From Eledone cirrhosa (taxonomy: Eukaryota): a stretch of DNA of 64,000 bases. The DNA lies in contig OZ024740.1 of NCBI GenBank assembly GCA_964016885.1, forward strand, positions 364,188,001 to 364,252,000, written 5' to 3'. The notes beneath the pieces were generated by a model, which made no database searches, had not been told where the DNA came from, and worked only from the letters and a program-made list of their open reading frames with translations. The first letter of the stretch is position 1, and each line of letters begins with the position of its first letter. Below, piece by piece: positions 1-12,820 of the stretch. Position numbers and translations under genes: made by a program.

Positions 1-148
1 ATATATATATATATATGTGTGTGTGTGTGTCGTATAGAGTTATTAGACCAATGTGTTCTCTTATTTATTCTCTTGCTTTCAACAACTTCCAGATTGTGAG
101 TAGCAGGAAGTAACAAAAAATCTGGAAGTTTGCTGAAAATATAAAACA

Positions 149-232
149 AATGAAATGGTAAAACAATCATCACATAATGAAATGGTAAAACAATCATCAC
201 ATAATGAAATGGTAAAACAATCATCACATAAT
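149..232. repeat. 27-bp tandem repeat (AATGAAATGGTAAAACAATCATCACAT) x3
   Basis: Three near-identical direct units read in the sequence. Confidence 0.9.
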
Positions 233-419
233 GGAATTGTGAAACAAAAAAACTATACTCTAAACGACACTTAAAACATTTTAAACATCAAAATATGAAA
301 ACTCCACAAATATATTTTATACTCCTGAGAATTTCAAAACCACACCATTTAAATATAATGTGATTATCTGCCTAGGCTAATAAATGGTGTTTGGGTTTTT
401 GCCCTTTTCTCAGATATAA

Positions 420-468
420 AATAGAGGGTCAGCTTATATTCAGATAAGCTTATATTCGAGTATACACA
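420..468. mobile_element. Probable Tc1/mariner-pogo terminal repeat remnant
   Basis: GCTTATATTC repeated, ending GCTTATATTCGAGTATACAC, which resembles pogo/Tigger-type TIR ends. No partner TIR in the window. Confidence 0.35.
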
Positions 469-591
469 ATAAGTCGCCTTATGTTGCTTCAAAATCAGCT
501 AAAAATATGTCTATATTTGCGTGCGTATATACACAGTCACACACACAAATATACATATACGTATCCTTATTATCAAGAGCATATATTGAGT

Positions 592-1428
592 GTGTACAAC
601 TAGATGCCTTTCCTAACACCAACCACATTTATAGTGTGTACTGGGTGCTTTTTTTCATGACACCTACACAACCACTTTACAGTGTAGGCTAGGTGCTTTT
701 TGTCATGACACCTACATGACAACTTTACAGTGAGTACTGGGTGCTTTTTATCATGACACCTACACGACCTCTTTACAGTGAGGGCTGAGTGCTTTTTGTT
801 GTGATACCAATGCGACCACTCTACAGTATGGACTGGGGATTAGGGCAAGGGTGTAACAGTATGGAATAAGGTGTGGTGTGATCAGTTGGGGGTGAGTGTT
901 AGGGTGTGGGAGGTGTATGGAAGGGAGTGGGAGATAAGGGTTAAGAGGTTCATACTAGATGTATGCTTCAGTCCAAATGCATGGGGAAGTGGGTCTTCTG
1001 TGACACTGCATAACACCAAAGATCTCGATTATGTGTCATTGGTTTGAGAGGTGCAATTTTGCAGCTTTTATAACCTTGTCCCAGCTCTTATTGGATCCTC
1101 TTACTCCATAACTGCCATCAACTTTGATCGCCATTCATCTTTTTATACAGCTGTCATCCTTCATATGTATCACATGGCCATACCAATGCAATCTCCTCTC
1201 TTACACACTGCATCTGATCCCTCTTATGCCCAATTTCTCTCTCAGTTCATTTACGCTTACTCGTTTGTGCATATTACTATTACACATCCATCGGAGAATG
1301 CAGGCTTCATTTCTTTCCAATCTTTGCAGGTCCTCTGCACAGAGTGCCAGAGTCTCACTATCATGCAATATTGCTGTTTGCATACATGCACCATATAATC
1401 TGCCCTTCATTTTGAGGAAAAAACCTTG
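592..1428 (-). mobile_element. Old RTE LINE 3' fragment (ORF C-terminus plus 3' UTR with ~43-bp repeats)
   Basis: ORF 1201-1410 ([33 protein letters not shown]) is homologous to the younger copies. The 3' UTR has 4-5 units of CACTTTACAGTG..GGGTGCTTTT. Confidence 0.9.
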
Positions 1429-1429
1429 A

Positions 1430-1730
1430 TTATTTTCAAAATTTGAAAATCATAGACAGTGTTTTTCATTAGAAATATAGTAATGAAATGGTTAATATAC
1501 ATCTATTTTTAAATTTCTATGTTTATCTAAAACCTTTCCATTATAATTTTATGTTAAATTATACTCCAAACACCAGCTTAATAATGAGAATTTTAGTGAT
1601 AAATCCTTCCAAATTCTTAATTATTTTCCAAATGATCTAAAAGTGTATTTCATTAGAAATATAGTAACAAAAGGGTTAATGAATTCAAATACAGTGTATT
1701 TCATTAGAAATATAGTAATGAGAGGGTTAA
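1430..1730. mobile_element. Fragments of a TTAA/piggyBac-type MITE (three right ends)
   Basis: TTCATTAGAAATATAGTAA..GGGTTAA occurs three times (ending ~1495, ~1679, ~1730). Same family as 12595-12820 and 17070-17574. Confidence 0.6.
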
Positions 1731-1749
1731 GACTAACTTAAGAATTTGA

Positions 1750-2620
1750 GTGTTTTTATCTTCTCCATAATATCATTATGAGGTTGAATGTCTCCTTGCT
1801 AATTAGACTTAGTTTTAATAACCATTTATCTTATTGATTATTAATCTAAATTATTGGGTCTTCTCTTGTAGATTGTATATAATATACTGCATATTTGCAA
1901 AACGTGAGAACCATATCATCTGTATAGTCCAAATCCATGAAGTATTTCCCATTTACCAATTCTCTGCAATTCTTTGATTGTTTTGTTCATGCTATAGACA
2001 ATTAAAATGGAAACAAAATCCCAGACAATAGATTTCTACACATAACTCAAATTTCATTTTCCAATTCCTTAGAAAATGAAATCTGAGTTACACATGGAAA
2101 TAGTTGTCTGTTTATATTAACACAGCATCTGGTATTAATATAGATTTCTCTAGCAAGGCTGACATACTTCATTGGTTATCTGTAATTCTAAAGTACTTGT
2201 ACTGATGCATTTCAGATGCCTAAAACTTTCCCAAAGTCTATAAATGTGTAGAAGAGTTTGGTATCAAAATTTTACATTTTCCTGTTTGATATGCATAAAT
2301 GTAAAGCTTTAATTTATTTGCAATATTTTATTGGTTTCATCATGCAATGTAGCATACTTTTAGCTTAATTCTTTACGTCCTGTAATGATTTAGCAGAAAA
2401 TATCTAAATATAGGATTGCTAATACAAATGTTTATAGTATCTTTACAACTGGACAGATTGTTGCAAAAAGTTGCAGTAAACTAAAGTCATGACTAAGTTT
2501 TCATGTGATGCAGAAACAATGCTGCTTTGTACATTTCAAGAATCTTTCACTCATGCGGTTTCATTTGATCCAGAACATTAATAGTTAATGTCGTTTATAA
2601 TAGTTATTGCAGGTTGAGGG
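1750..2620 (-). mobile_element. Highly decayed LINE reverse transcriptase remnant
   Basis: The minus strand gives RT motifs YFMDLDYTDDM (~1911-1944) and LFYTFIDFGK (~2228-2256). Frames are broken and the boundaries are approximate. Confidence 0.6.
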
Positions 2621-3008
2621 GAAAAAATATCTGTGAGGAGACGTTTGCATTCTAAATACAAATACATTAGTCTCATCATCATCATCATCATCATTTAATC
2701 TCCATTTTCCCTGCTAGCAAAGGTAGAATGGGTCATTACAGACCAAATCAAAACTTAATCAGAAACACTGATCTTTTAGATGAACAATGGGCTGCACCTC
2801 ACTTACATATGTTCCCATATGTTACAGAGTGCACTGTATATTTTATTATGTAGATCACCAACACTAGTGAAGTTTCATGTCTTTGACACAACTGAAGACT
2901 CTTCTCTACCCTTTGTTTGGCAAGTTTTCTGTGGCTGGATATCCTTCTTACGACCAACCATTTTACAGACTGTACTGTGTCACACTAGAGAGGCTGTTGT
3001 GCCTTGAC

Positions 3009-3170
3009 CAGTGCTGGATTTACCATTATTCTTAGGTCTGCTGAAGCACAGGGCCCCATTGGCCGGGGTTGCATCTTCCTGCCAAAAAATGTTTACCTCC
3101 TTCAGGGCCTAAATAAGGGGTATCATAACTTAACTAGCACAGAGCCTCATTTGTCCTAAATCCAGCACTG
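3009..3170. mobile_element. hAT-type MITE
   Basis: 14-bp TIRs CAGTGCTGGATTTA / TAAATCCAGCACTG with an 8-bp TSD GCCTTGAC / GCCTTAAC. Confidence 0.88.
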
Positions 3171-3230
3171 GCCTTAACACAACTGTAATATAATGAGTTG
3201 ACCAACTTTGATCAATGCATATTATCTAAG

Positions 3231-3561
3231 ACAGTGAATTGGCAGTATCGGTAGAGCATCAGACACTATGCTTTACGGCATAGTTATGGCCCTTTGCGTT
3301 CTGAGTTCAAATCCCGCCGAGGTTAACTTTGCCTTACATCCTTATGGGGTCTATAAAATAAAGCACCAGTAATTATTGTTATTATTATTATATCATGACT
3401 CATACACTGTTCATTTTCCTGACATTTGTACATTATTCTATGTACTATACATGCACCTTTGATGAGTTGTAGTGCACCTGAGCACTGTACACAATAATTT
3501 CATTATTATTATTTTTTAATGCACTGGGATATTGCTGGCCTTTTGCCAAAAGTAGAAACAG
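3231..3561 (+). mobile_element. tRNA-derived SINE (family 2), interrupted by an (ATT)n-tailed insert at ~3373-3516
   Basis: A box TGGCAGTATCGG, B box GAGTTCAAATCC, tail GCTGGCC..GCCAAAAGTAGAAACA, TSD TTATCTAAG on both sides. Confidence 0.85.
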
Positions 3562-3878
3562 TTATCTAAGCAGTTAATAGGCAAATGTTCTCTTTTGTGG
3601 CATTTAAAATATAAAAATGAACAAGTAAGATCAATTGATTGAAATTTTTAGTCAATGTAGAAAATATTGAATAGCAGTGGATTTGGTCAGAAGGCAATAG
3701 ACATGTCTGGGTTCTATTAGATAGTCTCAGTGCATTATATTGTATATGTGAGATTCTACCATATTTGAATTTAGTATGCAGAACACTCTCTTGGCGTATT
3801 TCCTTCAACTATATTATTGATATTCATTATCAACATCACTATTTCTCTCTCAGTTTCTCTTTCTCTCTCTCATTATTA

Positions 3879-4070
3879 GGGCGGTGGATTGGCAGTATCG
3901 GTAGGGGGTCGGACGCGATGCTTTGACGCATAGAGTTATGACTCTTGCCATTCTGAGTTCAAATCCCGCCGAGGTTAACTTTGCCTTTCATCCTTACGGG
4001 GTCGATAAAATAAAGTACCAGTAATGTACTGAGTAATTGCTGGCTTTGTGCCAAAAGTAGAAACAATTAT
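3879..4070 (+). mobile_element. tRNA-derived SINE (family 2)
   Basis: A/B boxes, body and tail match the copies at 3231 and 24683. Confidence 0.88.
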
Positions 4071-4107
4071 ATATACATACACATATATATATATATATAT
4101 ATATATA

Positions 4108-4448
4108 TCATTTCATCATCATCATCATTTCATTTTACGTCCACTTTTCCCTGCTTGCAAGGGTGGGACGGGAACTGATTCTGGCTTGATTTCTACAACA
4201 CCAACTTATTTCCTAACACCAACCTCATTTACAGTGAGTGCTGGGTGCTTTTTTGCCGTGGCACCTCCACGACCACTTTGCAGTGGAATGATAGGGACCC
4301 CTATCATCTCATTTCTACAGCTGAGTAAACTGGAGCAATGTGAAATAAAGTGTCTTGCTCAAGGAAACAACACATCACCCGGGTGAGAATTGAACTCACA
4401 ACCTTTCGATTGCAAGGCCAATGCTCTAACCACTAAGCCATGTGCCTC
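4108..4448 (-). mobile_element. tRNA-derived CORE-like SINE (family 1) with RTE-type 3' tail
   Basis: Head GGCACATGGCTTAGTGG..GAGTTCAATTC, central CCTTGAGCAAGACACTT motif, 3' end shared with the RTE 3' UTR, (GAT)n tail. Confidence 0.88.
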
Positions 4449-4596
4449 ATATATATATATATACATACACACACACATATATACATATATATATATATAC
4501 ATGCTTATATATGTATATATATATGGACATTAAACAGTGATTATGGTATGTATGTATGTATGTATGTATGTATATGTATGTATATATATATATATG

Positions 4597-5100
4597 TATG
4601 GTCAGGTCACCAGTTGGTGCTACTAGTAACATGTATTCCAGTACAACTTGTCCCATGGTCGGGTCGTTGGCGACTAAACTGGCAACCCCACCAAGGTTTC
4701 TTGGTGAGGAGGGTGACTTTGGACATCCTGCAGGACTAAAAACAAAACCTGTCAAAGGGCAAAGGAGCTCTTAAGAGTCAATGGCCATCCAAAATCCCCG
4801 GGAGAGATGACCCCTTAGCCTTTGTCAAGGCAGAATTCTAGGAGAAGGAAAACTCTGATATAACACCTGCAACCCTGATGGTATCCAATGATGTTGACTT
4901 GTTATTCTTTTTGGTAAATATCATCTTGGTTAAGAGACTGGGACTGGCTTTGTGCAGTGCCTTTGCTCACTATAAAAGCTTCACGGCACAGGCATTGCTT
5001 TATATCTGGATATCTCTCTGCACTTGTCGTCACATGGTACCATGGGCCCAGCACTACGTGTTAATAATTGTCACAAGTGTAGTGTTTGTACAAGAGTTTT
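4597..5100 (+). mobile_element. Probable RTE 5'-UTR-derived non-autonomous element
   Basis: GC-richer island after a microsatellite, containing GGCAACCCC and CTAGGAGAAGGAAAACTCTGA, motifs I associate with RTE 5' UTRs. No ORF. Confidence 0.45.
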
Positions 5101-5285
5101 CAAGTCGTTGGCTGGAATAAAAAGTCACACTCGTTCAGCGCATCGGTAGGGGTTCTCCTACATGGATATAAAGTAGTGGCCGTACTCGAAAACGAGTTGG
5201 CAGCCAGCATATATATGTAAGTATATATATATGTATGTATGTATATGTATGTATGTATGTATGTATATACATATACACACACATA

Positions 5286-5362
5286 CAGGGTGTCTCCCAA
5301 AAATGTATACACATACTTATTAGAATACTGTTGAAATGTGTATACATTTTTGGGACACCCTA
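5286..5362. mobile_element. Tc1/mariner-type MITE (77 bp)
   Basis: TA|CAGGGTGTC(T)CCCAAAAATGTATACACA ... TGTGTATACATTTTTGGGACACCCT(A)|TA. Confidence 0.85.
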
Positions 5363-5875
5363 TATATATATATTGAAATATTAAAAGGATAACCAAAGAA
5401 TTTACAGGGATCAAAACAGGAATAAAAATGTCTTTTTCCAGTTGATGATAATGGCCTCTTTGAATCAGAATCAAAGAGCCCATTATCATCAACCAGAAAA
5501 AACCCACGGACAAATAATAGATCGGAAATGCACGAAGCAGACTGGTTACTATAATGACTTCATGCATGTGTATTACAGTCACATAAGCCAGTTAAAGAAC
5601 ACCACATTGTACGTTCCTTTTATTTTGAACTGTTTCAGCTCCACATTTGAAAAGAGGATAATGACCCTGAAATATCATGTTGAAATACAATGGGTAAAAC
5701 GTAACGTTGTTTTGTTATATTTGTCATTTGCCCTTCGTATTTTACTGACCTTTGAAAATTATTGTTTTTTTATTACTTTATATATATCATCATCATCATC
5801 ATTTTACGTCCGCTTTTCCCTGCTTGCATTTGTTCTCTGTACGGTGAACTAACTAACTAATTATATATATATATA

Positions 5876-6209
5876 TCATCATCATCATCACCGTTTTACG
5901 TCCGTTCTTCCACGCTAGCATGGGTTAGACGGGTTGTCCTGTTGTAGGCAGTGTCTGGTCGGCTGACCATGCCTTGCTCATACAGGAACTGATTTGGCTT
6001 GATTTCTACAGCTGGATGCCCTTCCTAACACCAACCTCATTTACAGTGAGTGCTGGGTGCTTTTTCCGTGGCGCCTACACGTCCACTTTACAGTGTGGGC
6101 TGGGTGCTTTTTTGCCGTGGCACCTCCACGACCACCTTGCAGTGGGGGGTGTGGGAGAATATTGTCTATATGCTTCAGCTTGTACCCATGGGAGGTCGGG
6201 TACTCTGTA
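5876..6209 (-). mobile_element. RTE family A, 3' end only
   Basis: (GAT)n tail and 3' UTR match 19102-19440. Both ends lie in (TA)n. Confidence 0.9.
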
Positions 6210-6361
6210 TATATATATCATCATCATTTAGAGAGATTAAATATGTATGTATGTGTATATCCATACATATAATCTAATGCCACATGCAATTTCTTAAAGA
6301 ACCAAAGATTTAATAAAATGCTTTATTTCATCGCATGTTTATATATTCTATATAAAATGTT

Positions 6362-9300
6362 GCTTGCAGTGGGAGGGTGTGGGGGCATATTGTCTATATG
6401 CTTCAGCTTGTACCCATGGGAGGTCGGGTACTCTGTATTAGTGTTGACGCCAGAGGTCACGGTCGTGTGTGATCGCCTCTGAGAGGTGTAATTGGGTAAG
6501 GTCGGCTTTTATCACCTCATCCCAGGTCATCTTGGGTCTCCCCACTCTGTGGTTTCCATCGACTTCTAGTGCTCTGCACCTTTTTATGCAGCTATCATCC
6601 TTCATACGCATCACATGTCCATACCAACGCATCCGCCTCTCCTGCACACAGCATTTGATTCCTCTTATGCTCAGTCTTTCTCTCAATTCATTTATGCTTT
6701 GTTGTTCACATATATTACTATTACACATCCATCGGAGCATGCAGGCTTCGTTTCTCTCTAATCTACGTAAGTCTTCCACCTTCAGCTCCCAGGTCTCACT
6801 ACCATGTAACATTGCTGTTCAGATACACGCATCATACAGTCTGCCTTTCATTTTGAGGGAGAAGCCTTTTGCAGCTAGCAGTGGTAGTAGTTCCCTGAAC
6901 TTCTTCCATCCCGTTCTTACCCTCGGTCACCTAGGTAGCAGAAGCTGTCTACTGTCTCTACAGAGCCCTCCCAGAGATTGGTGGTACGTGTTTCCTGTGG
7001 CTGCTTGCTGTCCCAGTACAGCTGCTGCATGTGAAGCCTACATTCTTAATTAAGCTTCCTGAGATCCCGCTACATCTCTTGTGTACCCATTGTTTGCATT
7101 TGGGGCAATGAATGGAGTTCCTACCTACACCTTTCCTACATACTGAGCAAGGCCATTTCCCTGAGGGGATCTGGGTTCTGTTTTCTCATCTACTTACAAG
7201 GACCTTAGTCTTTGTCATGTTGACTTTGAGACCCTTTCTTTCTAGTCCCTGCTTCCAAGTTTGGAATTTCTTCTCTAGTTCTACCATAGATTCAGCTATA
7301 AGTGCGAGGTCATCTGCATACAGGAGTTCCCATGGGCATCCGGTCTTAAACTCCTCCGTTATTGCCTGCAGGACTATGATGAACAGGAGAGGGCTAAGAA
7401 CAGAGCCCTGGTGGACCCCAACCTGTACGCTAAATTCCTCGCTATACTCATTGCTAATCCTAACTTTGCTGACTGCTCCCTTATACATGGCTTGTACAGC
7501 TTTCACAAGCCATTCATCTACTCCTAGTTTTCTAAGAGCCCACCAGATTACAGCACGTGGAACTCTGTCAAAGGCTTTCTCAAGATCGACAAATGCCAGG
7601 TAGAGTGGCTTACTTTTAGCTAGGTACTTTTCGTGTAACTGCCTCACAAGGAAGAGGGCATCAGTGGTGCCTCTTCCTGGTACAAACCCAAATTGCATCT
7701 CATCTAGTTTCACCCGGTCCCTAATCAACTGTGCTATAACTCTTTCTGTTACTTTCATGACCTGGTCCATCAGCTTTATACCTCTATAGTTTCCTCTATC
7801 GAGTACATCACCTTTACCTTTGTAGCAGTTGACAATGATGCTACTGCACTAATCTTTTGGTATGACACCTTCTAGTATTACCTGGTTAACAATACGTGTG
7901 GTTATAGTGTGACCTACAGACCCAGATGCCTTCAGCATCTCGGCAGCTATACCCAATGGACCGGTTGCCTTCCCCATCTTCATATCTTTGATTGCCTTAC
8001 TTACTCCGCTTGTACTACTTGTACTGCTGGCCCCTCCATAGGGTCTACTTGGGGTAGGGTCTCTTCTTCCCATGCATTCTCCTCATTTAGTAATCTATCA
8101 TAATGACTCTTCCATGCATCTTTCTTCTCAGCACTTGTGAGGGCAAGCTCACCTTTATCATTCCAGATACACTTCTCTCCAATGACATCACAATTCTCTC
8201 TGACACACTGCCTCGCAATCTTGAACACCTCCTGTTTCTGGTCCTCATGTTGCAAAACATGCTTGAATTTTCTATCCTCTGCTTCCCTCCTTGCTAAGTA
8301 TACTTGTCGCCTAGCTTCCCTCTTGGTCTCTATGTAATGTACCCTACTCCCCCCGTTCTTCCATTCTTTCCATGCCTGTCTCTTGGCCTTAACTGCCTCA
8401 TCTACCTTATTGTTCCACCACCAAGTCACTCTCCTCCTGCTTGTGGTCTTACTCCAGCCACAGGCCTCATCTGTCGCCTCTAGTAAGTTATTTTTTAGGA
8501 ACTCCCAGTGCTCTTCTACATTGAGTGTCTCTATCTGTTCTTCTTTACTGTCGTAGGCATTGAGTAAAATATCTTTAAATCTGTTACTGGCTGAGGGGTC
8601 TTTCAGCTTCCAGATCTTTCTTCTCCAGGTTGGCCTCTGTTTCCAGGTTCGTCTAGTTCTGACTGTGAGGTCGCTGACAACTAAGCTATGTTGGGAGGTA
8701 CATTCCTCACTAGGGAAGGCTTTTCTGTTTACGACCGTCCTTCTGTCACGTCCTCTGATGAGGATAAAATCTATCTGACTAGAATGCTCCCCTGATCTAT
8801 AGGTGATCAGGTGGTTGTCGGGTTTTTTGAAGTTTGTGTTACATATCGACATGTCATTGGCGTCGCAGAATTCTAGAAGTCTGAATCCTTCTTCATTTCT
8901 TGTGCCAACCCCATGGCCTCCATGGACTCTATTGAAGCCGTCACAGTGTTTACCTACGTGTCCATTAAAATCTCCTGCGATGATTAGGAAGTCATTGTGG
9001 TTTGTTAGAGCAGTAGTGTGCATTAGGGACTCGTAAAACCTATCCTTAAGTTCGTCTGGCAACCCCGATTGGGGTGCGTAAGCTGATATTATTGTGGTAA
9101 TTGTTTTATTCAGGACTAGTCTGAGTTTAATGATTCTTGCATTTACCCTGTACACTGAGATTACTTTATCTACCCACTTGTCAGCTAGTAGTATACCTAC
9201 ACCACCCATCCCATCGTCATTTCCCACCCAGAAAAATTTGTAGCACCGACTTTTTCCTACAAGGACTCTAGCAGACTCTCCTCTCCATCTAGTCTCTTGC

Positions 9301-10190
9301 ACACAGCATACATCAATTTCCTTTCGCTCTAGCATCTCTACAGTTTCTCCTGCTCTTCCTTTCATCGTGTTTACATTGATGGTACCAACTCGGAGTTTGG
9401 GGCATTTTTCGACACTCGTAGGGAAGGGTCGATTTTTGCAGGGGTGTGTGTGTGCTTCCTCTCTCTGGATTGGTGCTTCACATGGGTGCTTGGTAGCTCG
9501 CGGATTCATATTCATTTCATCGATTAATTCAGAGTTGCTCCAATTTATTCTCAGCTCATTCATCCATACCGGTAGGAAAAATTCAGGGCTAGAAGAACGG
9601 TGGTGGTTGTAATAATGGCAGGGTGTGTTGGGCTGGGACGGGGGAGGACAGAGTTAGGTAGTAGTAGTAGTAGTAGTAGTAGTAGAAGAAATGGCCTGCT
9701 GAGGTTTGATTGGTCGAATAGGCTATGGTGGTGTGAGGGGGTGGGTGGGAGGGAAATTGTGAGGTAGAGAGAGGGTCACCGTCAAGGCTAACAAACTATA
9801 GAATACAGCATGGCAAAGTAGCCGATAGAATACAGCAACAATAATATTAATAATAGCCAGTCATGGCCTGTAGCCTTAGATGGAAAAATAGACAGTCAGC
9901 ATGGTAGGAAATGAGGATAACAAAATAGATATGTTGTGGTGGCTGAAATACCTGTCCAGATTTGTATGGATGGATGACTGGAACATAGCTAAATCAACTC
10001 TAGTGATTCATTTTAGCCTTTCAGAGTAGAGTGTGTCTTATCTCTTCAATAACTTTAAGATGAGTGAGGAAGAACGGGTGAAGAGGGAACGGGAAGTAAT
10101 AGGTGGCTTAGAGATGGATAGAGAGAGAGAGAGGGTAGCATTGGCTAAAAAAAATATGGGGCTTAAAGCCTCAAAAAGTGGAGTACAAGC
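6362..10190 (-). mobile_element. RTE family A LINE, near full length, disrupted (APE endonuclease, RT, PHD finger)
   Basis: ORF 8001-9563 has APE motifs (GTINVNTM, CVQETRW, SAYAPQ, AGDFNGH, SQIDFI). ORF 7186-7770 has RT motifs (FVDLEKAFD, QGSVLSP, YADD). The C-terminus is at 6438-6812. Frameshifts, stops and a deletion near 6925. The 5' UTR boundary is approximate. Confidence 0.95.
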
Positions 10191-10298
10191 AGTCATAGTT
10201 GATTCTACACTTTACCCACTCCTATCAACATGAAAAGAAGGATTGTGATCTTTGTGCAATGGAACTGTTTGAAATCATGACAGGGAAAAATTTATTAA

Positions 10299-10524
10299 CC
10301 CTTTAGCATTTACATTTACATCACTGTATATATTTTATTGTATTTTCATGATAAAGATTTATTTCACATAATTATCTCATATAATATTGAATCTATGAGA
10401 TTTTGATGTTATTTATTTTGAGAGCAATATCTTAACATCAGTATGAGTCGCCAGTTATGACCGGTTTGAACAGAAAGAGGTGAAAGAATTCTGGCCAGAT
10501 ATGGCCATTTCAAATGCTAAAGGA
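10299..10524. mobile_element. piggyBac-type MITE
   Basis: TTAA|CCCTTTAGCATTT ... AAATGCTAAAGGA|TTAA. A second copy lies at 13165-13372. Confidence 0.85.
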
Positions 10525-11002
10525 TTAAACACTCGTCAGGATAGAATATTCAGTTGTCAGCATAAATACCTAAAACCTTTCTCTAGATATAGTCCAAGCT
10601 AAACCATGATTTGATCCTACAACTCCATTTCCATTTTCCTATGACCTACATCACCCTAGACTGACCGATTCTTATGACTAAGAACGCTGGCGCCAAATCT
10701 ACAATATCATTATCTTCCTTATCTATAATGCTCACCTTTCAATTATACTATCTTAGCCTATAAATTAAACAGCTAGCTCTAAATGGATTTTACAGCCTAT
10801 TTTTTTCCGTCACAACAGACATTCCCATTTCCTAAAATGGTTCTTTTGAACTATAGAATAATTCCCTCTTAGCCAATGACATTTCTTACTCCAGCAGTAA
10901 CATAAATACTCAAAGCCCATAGGCTACTATCCACTTTACTTTCTCCTCCTTCCCTTCTACACAAATATACTTAAAAGGTACTTATTATTTTATTATTTTA
11001 TT

Positions 11003-11121
11003 ATTATTCTCTGAAGATTCACCGATGATAAACATATTGTGAGTGAGTGAATAGAAAAAATATACCTATCCAGCTCTCATAGATGATTATGTATTTAGTA
11101 ATGAAACACATGTTAGATTAT
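11003..11121 (+). ncRNA. Degenerate hammerhead ribozyme motif with long helix II
   Basis: attct CTGAAGA (11011) ... GAAA cacat GTT agattat, with AATAAA just downstream. Helices are imperfect. Confidence 0.45.
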
Positions 11122-11225
11122 TTAATCAAATAAATCTCTTCAAATTTCTCCTCACTCCTTGCCTATTTTTCCTAATATAATAATTTCTCTCTCTCTCTCT
11201 CTCATATATATATACATGTGCGCAT

Positions 11226-11260
<35 letters not shown>

Positions 11261-11594
11261 ACACACACATATATGTGTGTGCAAATGTGTGTTTGATTGA
11301 GGGCATGGGTTTGTGTAGATATGCTTAATGATATATGAATGGATGTAATATCAAGTTGATGGATTATTTGATTGTTTGTTTGATTCCTTGATTAATCAAT
11401 ATTTTGTGATATTGGTTAGATAATTATATAACCAATATCACATTGTCAGATCATGGGTTCACAGAGATACATATATAAATATTCTTCATTTATTGAAACA
11501 ATATCCGCATATAGATAGATTCTTGTTGACATTTAGCCCCAGGCCAATCTGATTGAGCAAATCTATGATCAAAGGTGCTCTAACCATAACCATT

Positions 11595-11639
<45 letters not shown>

Positions 11640-12594
11640 CACAGACTAAATTTGTGCAATGTATCCTTTTGTTTATTGTTGTTATCTTGTCCTAGATCAG
11701 TTCTCATTGAGCAACTCATGATATAAGGCACTCATGTTATGACCATCCCATATATCTAATAGTATATTTCATGTCAAAGACAAGACCACCTCTCTTGTAT
11801 TGGTGTCACAATAAAATGCCTCCAGTATACTCTGCAAACTGGTTGGCATCCAGTAATAAAATCTATGCCATAAAAGGGTAGTGGAGGCTTTTCTGTCATG
11901 TTAAGCATAAGACAACTTCCTTAGTGCTGGTGCCAGGATAAAATGCAGCCAATACACTTTGCAAAATGATAGTGTTGGTGCAATGTTAAAATGAATCCAG
12001 TACTCTGGATTGACATTAGGAAAGGTATGTAACCATAGAACTTATGCCAAAATGGGACATATTTGTGCGAGATGTGATTACTCAGAGGACAGTAATTTTG
12101 CTTAAGTACTGACTTGGCTTGTAATATTCTGTCCAACCTTTACCATTGACTTGTTCTATAACAGACCATGATAGAATTTGGAGGAAGGCATTCTATAGAT
12201 TGATCTTTGAGAATTATGCAGAATTATTCAGTTGTTACCCATAAATATTACTTGGACTAGATCTCTGTCTGTTCATGTGATAATATTAGATAACAATTGC
12301 TATAACTATATAATATTTCTTGCTCCATAAAATGGTGGAATGTGATTTATAGCAGATCTGGGCCTCTCTTGTTAGCTTATAATATAGATTGTAAATTTCA
12401 TATGTAAATAAAAACCATCCTAATACTAAGTATGAGAAGTTAGCTACCATATAAAACAGAGAAACAGGGAAACAGAGATGCCATATGACCTGAAAGGGAG
12501 TTGCATAAACTTTTTAGTGCTCCATGATGAGATTTGTATATTTAGGAAGAAGTTGTATGCATATGGATCTCAAATTTGCCATGATTACACTATT

Positions 12595-12820
12595 TAACCC
12601 TTTTACCAAATCCACTAAAACTGCTCCTGATTATATGATACAAAACCATATATTTTACAGTGTTTATATTTATCTAAATATTTTGTGTAAGAACCTTTAA
12701 GTTATGTTCCAAACACCAATTTAATGATGAAAAAATGCCTTAAAATTCTTGATTATTTTCAAAATCATTTGAAAATCATTGGCAAAGCCTTTCATTAGAA
12801 ATATGGTTACAAAAAAGTAA
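12595..12820. mobile_element. Decayed TTAA/piggyBac-type MITE
   Basis: TTAACCCTTTT... at the left and TTTCATTAGAAATATGGTTAC at the right. Inverted homologue of 17327-17574. Confidence 0.6.

Noticed and set aside
615-840. Regular ~43-bp repeats resembling a CRISPR array
   Set aside because: The units are contiguous and degenerate, with no unique spacers and no cas genes. They are the RTE 3' UTR repeat.
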